Sequence record: SRR2962707_875
Strand: one strand, 5' to 3'
DNA: 47,012 nt
Shown here: positions 39,115 to 47,012 of the stretch, piece after piece
Layout of the letters: each line of letters begins with the position of its first letter
How positions within the stretch are numbered: position 1 is the stretch's first letter
Translations under genes and position numbers: made by a program
Notes under the pieces: generated by a model
What the model saw: only the letters and a program-made list of their open reading frames with translations
Databases searched by the model: none
Told to the model about the DNA's origin: nothing

Positions 39115-40225
39115 TTTCCTTCATGATTTCGCTGGTACCGCCATAGATGCGCTGAATGCGAGCGTCCACGTAGTCCCGGGAAATCGGATATTCCTTCATG
39201 TAACCGTAACCGCCGAACAATTGCAGACACTGGTCCGCCACCTTGCCCTGCAGTTCCGTGGTCATCAGTTTGGCGATGGAGGCATTGGTGGTGCTCAGTT
39301 CACCTCGGCCGTACTGATCGATGCACTGGCTGGTGAAGGCTTTGTTGACCTCGACCATGGCGTGCAGATTGGCAAGCACGAAGCGGGTATTCTGGAATTT
39401 GGCCACCGATTGCCCAAACGCCTGGCGCTCCTGAACGTACTCAATGGTCCGCTCCAGCATGCCCTCGCAAGCGGCCACCGCGCTTAGCGCCAGAATCAGG
39501 CGCTCGCGGGGCAACTCGTTCATCAGGTTAAAGAACCCTTTGCCCTCTCCGCCAAGAATCTGGTCCGCGCCAACGCGTACGTCCTGGAAAAACAACTCCG
39601 AGGTATCCGCCGCGTGATGGCCCATCTTTTCCAGATTACGGCCACGGGAGAACCCCGCGGTGGTGGCGTCCACGGTAAACAGCGTCACGCCCTTGGCGCC
39701 GGCATTGGGATCGGTTTTGGTGGCCAGGACGATAACGTCGCTGTGCTGGCCATTGGTGATAAAAGTCTTCTGACCATTGATCACATAGTGGTCGCCGTCT
39801 TTTTCCGCGCGGGTTTTCATGCCTTGCAGATCGGAACCCGCGCCGGGCTCGGTCATACCGATGGAGCCCACCGCCTCCCCGGTCACCATCTTCGGCAACC
39901 AGGCCTGCTTCTGCTCCTCAGTGCCCAGGTGCAGGATATAAGGGGCAACGATATCGGAGTGCACGGACAGGTTGGACGCCAGGGCGCCAAACCCCAAACG
40001 GGAAGCCTCTTCCACGATCACCGCGGAAAGCCGGAAATCGGCGCCGAAGCCGCCATAAGCCTCCGGCACGTCAACACACAGGAACCCGTTTTCACCTAAC
40101 TGGTTCCACAATTCGCGGGGAAACTTCTCTTCTTTCTCCCACTGATCATAGTGCGGCGCGACTTCCTTCTCGAGGAACTTGCGGACGTTATCGCGGAATA
40201 ACTCAATTTCGTTTTGGTCAAGCAT
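39086..40225 (-). CDS. Acyl-CoA dehydrogenase (long-chain-like)
   Basis: IGMTEPGAGSDLQ, NGQKTFITNG, DTSELFF, LPRERL, CLQLFGGYGYM.EYPI, IYGGTSEIMKE. Confidence 0.95.
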   Translation of the reverse strand: MLDQNEIELFRDNVRKFLEKEVAPHYDQWEKEEKFPRELWNQLGENGFLCVDVPEAYGGFGADFRLSAVIVEEASRLGFGALASNLSVHSDIVAPYILHLGTEEQKQAWLPKMVTGEAVGSIGMTEPGAGSDLQGMKTRAEKDGDHYVINGQKTFITNGQHSDVIVLATKTDPNAGAKGVTLFTVDATTAGFSRGRNLEKMGHHAADTSELFFQDVRVGADQILGGEGKGFFNLMNELPRERLILALSAVAACEGMLERTIEYVQERQAFGQSVAKFQNTRFVLANLHAMVEVNKAFTSQCIDQYGRGELSTTNASIAKLMTTELQGKVADQCLQLFGGYGYMKEYPISRDYVDARIQRIYGGTSEIMKEIIARDILGR

Positions 40226-40554
40226 GACTCACCTGTTTTGTAACCTGGCCATCTGAAAACGGGGCCCTCCCGGCCCCCGTAATGGGTACCCGAACCACCC
40301 GGATACCGCAAAGGACATACCGGCTCGCCGGAAAGCGCTCCATTCTAAGGCGTGATGCTTCAGGATAACACTTGACGTAGCGTCAACCTGAAGACTTGGC
40401 GGTTGCCGCCCACGCGACATTTTTTACCTATCCTCCGCCTTCCCATCACGGCCCCGCCTCGTCCATTCCGCCGATTGTCACCGGGCAAGTCTGGACAGCA
40501 CCGTCACCGCCATGGATCATCTGCCGTTTCCCGAATCGGCAGGACGGAGCGTTC

Positions 40555-41226
40555 ATGGCCAAACTGTTTCTGGTACGTCACGGCCAAGCGGCCTTCGGCG
40601 AAGACAATTACGATCAGCTTTCCGAGCTCGGACACCAACAGGCACGCTGGCTTGGCGAGTATTTCCGTGAACGGGGCGTCACCTTCAAGCGGGCCCTTGC
40701 CGGCGGGTTGATGCGGCAACAGGACACCGCCAAGAGCCTGCTCGCCGCCACCGAAAACCCGCCTCCTCTGGATACCCATCCCGGCCTGGATGAATACGAT
40801 GGTCATGCGCTTTATACCAGCCATACCGGCAGCGCCGATGTGGCCGGCCATCAAAAACGGGACGCGGTGGACTACTGGCGCACTTTTCGTGGAGCCTACC
40901 AGGGCTGGGTGGACGGCACCCTTGTCGGAGAACACGAGAGCTGGGCCGATTTCGGTGGTCGTATTCAGCAGGCATTGAGCACGTTGTGCACAGGTTTGTC
41001 CCGGGAAGACAATGTTCTCGCGGTCAGCTCTGGCGGCGTCATCGGCACCACCATTGCCGGCCTTTTACAGACCGCGCCGCGTTCCGCCATCGAATTGAAT
41101 TTCCAGTTCCGCAACAGCGCGTTCTGCGAGATCATCGTCGGCCGTTCCGAATGGCGGCTTTCCACATTCAACGCCCTTCCCCACCTGGATCGCCCTGACC
41201 GGCGTGACGCCATTACTTTTGTTTGA
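40555..41226 (+). CDS. Histidine phosphatase (phosphoglycerate mutase) family protein
   Basis: LVRHGQA, YDQLSELG..QA, RQQDTA, VSSGGVI; GGAG RBS. Confidence 0.88.
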   Translation: MAKLFLVRHGQAAFGEDNYDQLSELGHQQARWLGEYFRERGVTFKRALAGGLMRQQDTAKSLLAATENPPPLDTHPGLDEYDGHALYTSHTGSADVAGHQKRDAVDYWRTFRGAYQGWVDGTLVGEHESWADFGGRIQQALSTLCTGLSREDNVLAVSSGGVIGTTIAGLLQTAPRSAIELNFQFRNSAFCEIIVGRSEWRLSTFNALPHLDRPDRRDAITFV

Positions 41227-41350
41227 CGGCTGGCCCCTGCCGGCAAATCGTCGTAACAGACGATAACCGGTTATGGCTTTGTCGATAGGGTAAGGACGGC
41301 CAGACCCGCCTTTTTACCGCGGGTTATTCACCTTTTTTGGGAGGTCGTCC

Positions 41351-42508
41351 ATGCGTCTTTCGCTTGTCGTTCTACGTCCGATCCTACTGGTGGTTATGTT
41401 CGCCGGCATGGCCGGCGCCCACGCCACCACCTTGCGTTATGCCACCGGCTATCCTCCGGGATCCCTGCCCGCCGTGGCGGCTGAAAACTACGCCAAAGCG
41501 GTGGAAAAATATTCCAGCGGTGATCTGAAACTACGTGTTTTCGCGCTGTCTCTTCTCAACGCTTCGGAAACTTCCGATGGCATTCGCGATGGTATCGCCG
41601 ACGGTGGCTATTTGCTGACCGTGTATTTTCCCGCCATGTATCCGCATACCAATCTGGTCAACGAATCCGCCATGCAACTTCTGCTATTCGACGAGGACGA
41701 ACTGAACGGCAAAGGCGCCTTGGCTTACGAAGGCGCCATGACGGAATTCACTTTCTTCAACTGCCCTGAATGCCTTGAAGAATACGAAAAGCAAAAGCAG
41801 GTCTATACCGCCAACGCCGCCAGTTCCAGCTATGGATTGCTGTGCAACAAGCCGGTCTCCAATCAGGAACAACTCAAAGGCAAACGTCTTCGGGTAGCCG
41901 GCTCTCACTGGTCCCGCTGGTCCGAGCACTTCGGCGCCACCTCCATGTCGCTGACCATCAACGATACACTCGAAGCACTGCATCAAGGTGTTATTGACTG
42001 CACCATCGCCTCAGCACCTGAGCTGATCAATCTAGGACTGATCGAAGCCGTCAGCGATATCACCATGAGCGTGCCCGGCGGCGTCTATGCTGGTGCCAAC
42101 GCCGGCAGTTTCAATATTGATGTCTGGCGCAAACTGGACGAGAAACAACGCCAGGCCATTCTCCGGGCCGGTGCCCGCTTTACCGCTGAAACCCCCTGGA
42201 GCTATCTGCAGCTTGAGAAAGAAGCACTGGAAAAAACCGAAAAAAAAGGCGCCACACTCCATCAAGCATCACCAGATCTGATGGAAGCCAGCCGCGAATT
42301 CGTCAAGCAGGATCTCAACACCATCATCGACTACTACGCCAAGAATCACGGTGTCGAACGTGGTGAGGAAATGCTCGATACCTTCCGCGGTCTTCTCAAG
42401 AAATGGGTCGGCCTGGTACAGGATGTGGATAGCCTCGATGAGCTGGAAACACTGTACTGGAACGAGGTTTTCTCCAAAGTGGACGTGTCCAGCTACGGCA
42501 TGAAATAA
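41351..42508 (+). CDS. TRAP transporter substrate-binding protein (DctP-like), paralog 1
   Basis: Signal peptide; GIRDGIAD, LKGKRLRVAG, EALHQGVIDC, FNIDVWRKL. Confidence 0.8.
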   Translation: MRLSLVVLRPILLVVMFAGMAGAHATTLRYATGYPPGSLPAVAAENYAKAVEKYSSGDLKLRVFALSLLNASETSDGIRDGIADGGYLLTVYFPAMYPHTNLVNESAMQLLLFDEDELNGKGALAYEGAMTEFTFFNCPECLEEYEKQKQVYTANAASSSYGLLCNKPVSNQEQLKGKRLRVAGSHWSRWSEHFGATSMSLTINDTLEALHQGVIDCTIASAPELINLGLIEAVSDITMSVPGGVYAGANAGSFNIDVWRKLDEKQRQAILRAGARFTAETPWSYLQLEKEALEKTEKKGATLHQASPDLMEASREFVKQDLNTIIDYYAKNHGVERGEEMLDTFRGLLKKWVGLVQDVDSLDELETLYWNEVFSKVDVSSYGMK

Positions 42509-42537
42509 CTCGATAACACAGAAAAAGGTGACTGATT

Positions 42538-43698
42538 ATGGCGATAACAAAAAGTGTCACCCGTGCTTTTCTTTTGGCAATGCTCCTGATTGGTTTCGGT
42601 CAGGCCAGCGCCTCGGAAACGTTGAGACTAGCGCTGGGCTATCCGCCGGGTTCAAAGGCCGACGAGGTCATGCAGAAGTACGCCGAAACGGTAAAACAAT
42701 ATACCGACGGCAGTCTGTCAGTGAAGGTGTATCCGATGTCATTGTTGAGCGCCGCGGAAATTTCCGACGGTGTACGTGACGGCATCGCCGATATCGGCGT
42801 CATGTACACGGTGTACTTTCCGGCCATGTACCCTCACACCAATCTCCTCAACGAATCCGCCATGCAACTTCTGTTGCTGGATCCGGAAAAACTGAAAGGC
42901 AAGGCGGCCATGGCATTCGAAGGGGCCATGTCGGAGTTTACTCTGTTCCACTGCCCCGAATGCCTGGAGGAGTATGAGAAACAAAACCAGGTTTATACCG
43001 CCAATGCCACCAGTATCAGCTACGGCCTTCTCTGCACTTCTCCTGTAACCAATGAAAAGCAACTGAAAGGCAAACGAATCCGTGTCGCCGGTTCACACTG
43101 GTCGCGCTGGGCCAAGCACTTTGGCGCCACTCCGACGTCCCTGACCATCAACGAAACTCTGGAGGGGCTGAGCCAGGGCGTGATCGACTGCAGCATCACT
43201 TCCCCGGTGGAATTGATCAACCTCGGTCTTGCCGAAGTGGTAACCGATATGACCCTGGCTATTCCCGGCGGGCTCTATGCCGGCGCCAGCGCCGCCGGTT
43301 TCAACAAGAACGTGTGGCAAGGGCTGACCGAAAGTCAACGCCACGCCATACTCCGCGCCGGAGCCTCCACCACCGCGTTGTCTCCCTGGAGCTCGCTGGA
43401 GCAGGTTCCACAAGCCTTGGAACTAGCGGAAAAGGAAGGCATTAAACAGCATGACCCCGACCCCGCTCTGGTTAAGGCGACCCGCGAGTTCGTGGAACAG
43501 GATATGAACACCATCGTCAACTATTACGCCAAAAACCACGGCGTAAAACGCGGCAAGGAAATGCTCGATTCCTTTCACGACGTTCTGGTCCGCTGGGTTG
43601 ATCTGGTTCAAGACGTCGACAGCCCCGAGGAACTGGAAAAGCTGTATTGGGACGAGATCTTTTCGAAGGTGGATGTGGCGACCTATGGCATGAAGTAA
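42538..43698 (+). CDS. TRAP transporter substrate-binding protein (DctP-like), paralog 2
   Basis: Same architecture as paralog 1, with long identical blocks such as YFPAMYPHTNL, NESAMQLLL and CPECLEEYEKQ. Confidence 0.8.
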   Translation: MAITKSVTRAFLLAMLLIGFGQASASETLRLALGYPPGSKADEVMQKYAETVKQYTDGSLSVKVYPMSLLSAAEISDGVRDGIADIGVMYTVYFPAMYPHTNLLNESAMQLLLLDPEKLKGKAAMAFEGAMSEFTLFHCPECLEEYEKQNQVYTANATSISYGLLCTSPVTNEKQLKGKRIRVAGSHWSRWAKHFGATPTSLTINETLEGLSQGVIDCSITSPVELINLGLAEVVTDMTLAIPGGLYAGASAAGFNKNVWQGLTESQRHAILRAGASTTALSPWSSLEQVPQALELAEKEGIKQHDPDPALVKATREFVEQDMNTIVNYYAKNHGVKRGKEMLDSFHDVLVRWVDLVQDVDSPEELEKLYWDEIFSKVDVATYGMK

Positions 43699-43724
43699 GC
43701 CCATTGGCGGCATATGAAAAGCAG

Positions 43725-43756
43725 AAAAAGGCCGGCATCACAGCCGGCCTTTTTTT
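43725..43756. terminator. Bidirectional intrinsic terminator
   Basis: AAAAAGGCCGGC-ATCACA-GCCGGCCTTTTTTT between convergent genes. Confidence 0.85.
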
Positions 43757-43767
43757 CAACAAAATTA

Positions 43768-44220
43768 CTACTTTTCCGGCCTCACACTCACCGAGGCTTT
43801 GAGGGAATTGGCCACGAAGCAGTTACGGTGGGCGCTTTCGTGGAGGCTGCTCAGCGTCGCCTCATCCACCTCCTCACCTTCAAAAACCACTTTCGGATGC
43901 AGCACCACCTCGGTGATGGACATACGGCCTTCCGCATTCTTATCCACCACCCCCTGGGGCCGGTCCACATAACTGAGCACCCGCAGTTTCTTCTTGGCGG
44001 CGATGGAAAGGAAAGTAAGCATGTGGCAACTGGACGTGGCGGCGATCACGGCTTCGTCCGGGTTCACCCGGCTATGGCAACCGTAGTAGTCCGGCGATGC
44101 CGACGCCTGAACCACCTCGCCACCGGCGAACGTCCATTCATGATCACGAGGAAAGGTTTCGTACTGGAAATCCGCACCCGGCGGCAAATGCCAGGCAACG
44201 CTGGCGGTGTACTCGGTCAT
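43768..44220 (-). CDS. OsmC/Ohr family protein
   Basis: NPDEAVIAATSSCHMLTFL and AHRNCFVANS (two conserved Cys); GGAG RBS. Confidence 0.88.
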   Translation of the reverse strand: MTEYTASVAWHLPPGADFQYETFPRDHEWTFAGGEVVQASASPDYYGCHSRVNPDEAVIAATSSCHMLTFLSIAAKKKLRVLSYVDRPQGVVDKNAEGRMSITEVVLHPKVVFEGEEVDEATLSSLHESAHRNCFVANSLKASVSVRPEK

Positions 44221-44321
44221 GGTCACTCCTCCCTTTGGCCCTCTGAACAAGCTCCAGTTTAACCATGCCCCCGGTCGAGGTTCCTGGCAAGTGATCAAGA
44301 TCAATGCCGACCGCGAAAACG

Positions 44322-45173
44322 TTACCCCAGGCTCTCATCCTGTAGCCCTTCGGCCACAGCCCGTGCCACCCGGCGGCTGTAGAGCAGGGCGCAATGGCCG
44401 AGGTAGGGCACATGCACGGAGCGTTCAGCTCCGTCCAGCAAGGCACTTGAAGCCGGCAGGATAAAGTTGTCCATGGTGGAGTAAATTACCTGGTAGCGGG
44501 CCCCGCCGGGGCAAGCTCCGCCTTCTTCCAGCTCCTTGATGAAAGGACTGTCATAACGCATCTGAGCAGCAGCGCCACGGGGTGCGAACAGTGCCGAGAT
44601 ACGCGATCCGCGATGCGGGCTGCCCAGGGTGATGACCCTATCCACTTTACCGGCCAACCCCAGATTCTTGAGCGCATAGCGGGCCAGGGGGCCGCCCATG
44701 GAATGGCATACCAGATCGGCTTTCTCCGCCCCGGTCAGGACCAGGATGCGGTTTACATGATCCGCCACCTGTTGAGCCAGCTTGCGCGCGTTGATATGGG
44801 GTGGGGTATAACTCACCGAATACACATTGGCCCAGCCCCGGCGCCGCAACCACCATTGCAGCCAGAGAAAATTGGTGCTGTTGCCACCGTACCCATGGAC
44901 CAGAATGATCGGTTTCTGCCCTTGCTGACGGGAGCGCTGCGGCGACGCGTCCTGGACCAGCCGCAATGGATAGCTGAGCACCAGCACCGTCAGACTGATG
45001 GCCTCCCGCGCCACCGCCAGTAAAGCGGGCAGGGGACGCAATGCTGTTTCCCGATCCGCTGGCGTGGGGGAGGGGAAAGCACGCCGGTCATAGTACCAAA
45101 GCAGATAGAACACCAGGGTCAGAGCGCCGGGGATAAGCATCAACACCAGCAACAAGCAGAAAATCCAGGACAT
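44322..45173 (-). CDS. Membrane-anchored alpha/beta hydrolase (lipase/esterase-like)
   Basis: N-terminal TM segments; ILVHGY, CHSMGG nucleophile elbow, ITLGSPHRG, D..I and GHCALL. Confidence 0.85.
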   Translation of the reverse strand: MSWIFCLLLVLMLIPGALTLVFYLLWYYDRRAFPSPTPADRETALRPLPALLAVAREAISLTVLVLSYPLRLVQDASPQRSRQQGQKPIILVHGYGGNSTNFLWLQWWLRRRGWANVYSVSYTPPHINARKLAQQVADHVNRILVLTGAEKADLVCHSMGGPLARYALKNLGLAGKVDRVITLGSPHRGSRISALFAPRGAAAQMRYDSPFIKELEEGGACPGGARYQVIYSTMDNFILPASSALLDGAERSVHVPYLGHCALLYSRRVARAVAEGLQDESLG

Positions 45174-45359
45174 ACGGGCCTCTCCTTTCGTTCCCGGCAC
45201 CCCCGGTACCGGATCCATTCCGGCAAACTACGCGCCCCCGGCGCCCGGCTCAACGCGATACTGGCACCGGCGTACCGCCGGCGGTCATTGACATGACCGC
45301 GGCGGGGATGTCATGGCAAACTGGCTGACCTTTTCGGGAAGAGCACGAACGAGAACAAT

Positions 45360-46283
45360 ATGAGCGACACCGTCATAGTCAACGAAGTGGGCCTGCGTGA
45401 TGGCCTGCAAAATCAGCCCGTCACCGTGGACACCGACACCAAGGCGCGCCTGGCCCGCCTGCTGGTGGACGCCGGTGTCCGCTATCTTGAGCCGGTCAGC
45501 TTCGTCAGCCCGAAAGCGATCCCGCAGATGGCCGACGCCGCCGCGCTGACGCCCCGGTTACCGGCCGACGAAGGGCTGCACTACACCGCCCTGGTGCCCA
45601 ATCTGAAGGGTTATCAGCTGGCCCGGGATGCCGGTTACCGCACCGTGGCACTGGTCCTGTCCACCACCGACACCTTCAACCAGCGCAACCTGAACATGAG
45701 CCTGGAGCAGGCCGCCGCCAGTTGCGAGAGCATCATCGCCGCCGCCCGTGAAGACGGCGTGGCCACCCGGACCTACATTTCCGGCGCTTTCGCTTGCCCT
45801 TACGACGGTCCGGTGCCGGTCAGCCTGCCGCAACAGCTGACCGGGCGCATGTTCGCCGCCGGCAGTGATGAGGTCGCCATCGCCGACACCATCGGCGCCG
45901 GCAACCCGAAACAGATGAAGGACATCATGACGCCGCTGATCCGTGAATACGGGGCCGACAAGTTCTTTGTCCATCTGCATGACACCCGCGGGCTGGCCGC
46001 GGCCATGGCCTGGGAGGCAGCGGACCTGGGCGTGCGCCGCTTCGACGCCTCCGTGGGCGGTCTCGGCGGCTGTCCGTTCGCGCCCGGCGCCACCGGCAAC
46101 ATGGCCACCGAGGATCTGGTCTATCTGCTGGAAAGCTGCGGCCTGAAAACCGGTATCGATATCCAGGGTCTGCGTGAAGTGGTGACACTGGCGGCGGAAG
46201 CGACCCAGCGGCCGCTGGGCGGACGGATTCTGGAATGGATGGCGTCCCAGGAGAAGCGCGGCAAAACCCCCTGCCTTTGGTAA
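45360..46283 (+). CDS. Hydroxymethylglutaryl-CoA lyase family
   Basis: EVGLRDGLQN, SFVSPK.IPQMAD, IADTIG, HLHDTRG, GGLGGCPFAPGATGN.ATED. Confidence 0.92.
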   Translation: MSDTVIVNEVGLRDGLQNQPVTVDTDTKARLARLLVDAGVRYLEPVSFVSPKAIPQMADAAALTPRLPADEGLHYTALVPNLKGYQLARDAGYRTVALVLSTTDTFNQRNLNMSLEQAAASCESIIAAAREDGVATRTYISGAFACPYDGPVPVSLPQQLTGRMFAAGSDEVAIADTIGAGNPKQMKDIMTPLIREYGADKFFVHLHDTRGLAAAMAWEAADLGVRRFDASVGGLGGCPFAPGATGNMATEDLVYLLESCGLKTGIDIQGLREVVTLAAEATQRPLGGRILEWMASQEKRGKTPCLW

Positions 46284-46297
46284 AATTCCTGGGAAAT

Positions 46298-46343
46298 GAG
46301 GCCAATATCCGCAAATTTCATTAAAAATTCGGACATTGGCCTC
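46298..46343. terminator. Inverted repeat between convergent genes (possible bidirectional terminator)
   Basis: GAGGCCAATATCCG ... CGGACATTGGCCTC, 13/14 complementary, around an AT-rich core. Confidence 0.5.
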
Positions 46344-46360
46344 GAAAAGGAACGACCCCG

Positions 46361-46909
46361 CTAATGCAGCTGAAACAGAATCTTCAGCAACTGCACCCCA
46401 AGCAACACGATCAGCGGACTTAAATCCAGGCCTCCCATATCCGGCAGCAAGCGGCGGGCCGGCGCCATGATCGGCTCGGTGATCTGTACGATCACCCGTA
46501 CCATCGGGTTATACGGATCCGGGGCGATCCAGCTCAGGATCACCCGGATCAGCACCATCCAGAATACGTAGTTGAGGATCAGCGACGCCAGCTCACGCAA
46601 GGTGTAGATCAATAACTGGGGCCCCAGACCGGAAGGCAGGGAGCCGTAATGGATGGCGCTAAGCACCAACACCTTGGCGATGATCAGAATCACCACCAAC
46701 ACCAGCGAGGCAATGTCCAGACCGCGCCAACCCGGGATGATCCGACGCAACGGCGCCAGCAGGGGGTTGGTGGCGCGCAGTACGAACTGGGAAATCGGGT
46801 TGTAGAAGTCGGCCCGGGCCAGCTGCAGTACAAAGCGGGTCAGAACGATGAAAATATAAATGCTGAACGCCACATTGATCAGGAAGATCGCGGCACCCTG
46901 GGGGTTCAT
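46361..46909 (-). CDS. yggT: YggT family membrane protein
   Basis: RADFYNPISQF...TNP.L.PLRR.IP, RVILSWI, TEP..AP.RRLLP..GGLDLSP (two YGGT repeats). Confidence 0.92.
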   Translation of the reverse strand: MNPQGAAIFLINVAFSIYIFIVLTRFVLQLARADFYNPISQFVLRATNPLLAPLRRIIPGWRGLDIASLVLVVILIIAKVLVLSAIHYGSLPSGLGPQLLIYTLRELASLILNYVFWMVLIRVILSWIAPDPYNPMVRVIVQITEPIMAPARRLLPDMGGLDLSPLIVLLGVQLLKILFQLH

Positions 46910-47012
46910 AGGCTCTCCGGCGGTGTCATTTGGCGAAAGAGTATTGGGGCAAATCGGCGTGAATTCAAACCGGATCGATGGGGGAGGTGATTGGAAGGAG
47001 CCGGCACCCTGG

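Overview
GC-rich gammaproteobacterial chromosome segment. The gene content (alkB beside a divergent GntR, a marine class GN sortase, tandem TRAP solute-binding proteins) suggests a marine hydrocarbon degrader such as Alcanivorax/Alloalcanivorax; this is inference. 1-13.7 kb is a housekeeping block: prlC (partial), yrdA-like, lpxR-like, aroE, hemF, tsaC, dprA, LysM/tsaP-like, def, fmt, rsmB, trkA, trkH. 13.7-21.9 kb holds a TetR-linked CoA-catabolic module (amidohydrolase, thiolase, a coupled acyl-CoA dehydrogenase pair, crotonase) with a shared 20-bp operator and a REP doublet, followed by MFS and GNAT genes. 22-34.4 kb is a light/photo-oxidative stress island: DUF523-DUF1722 (RudS-like), MerR/LitR-like regulator, photolyase, ufaD/ufaO/ufaM-like furan-fatty-acid genes, SnoaL-like, chalcone-isomerase-like, DUF2878, DUF1295 and a second methyltransferase. 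It carries a perfect TGTACA-N12-TGTACA box, and an embedded convergent OmpR-family regulator/kinase pair whose candidate TTSAC-N6-TTSAC boxes occur in all three promoter regions of the island. 34.4-47 kb contains alkB/GntR, a sortase and its VIT-vWA substrate, an acyl-CoA dehydrogenase, a histidine phosphatase, two paralogous orphan TRAP binding proteins, OsmC, a lipase-like hydrolase, HMG-CoA lyase and yggT. No rRNA, tRNA, CRISPR array or transposase was seen. Family calls come from motif recognition by eye; no searches were run.
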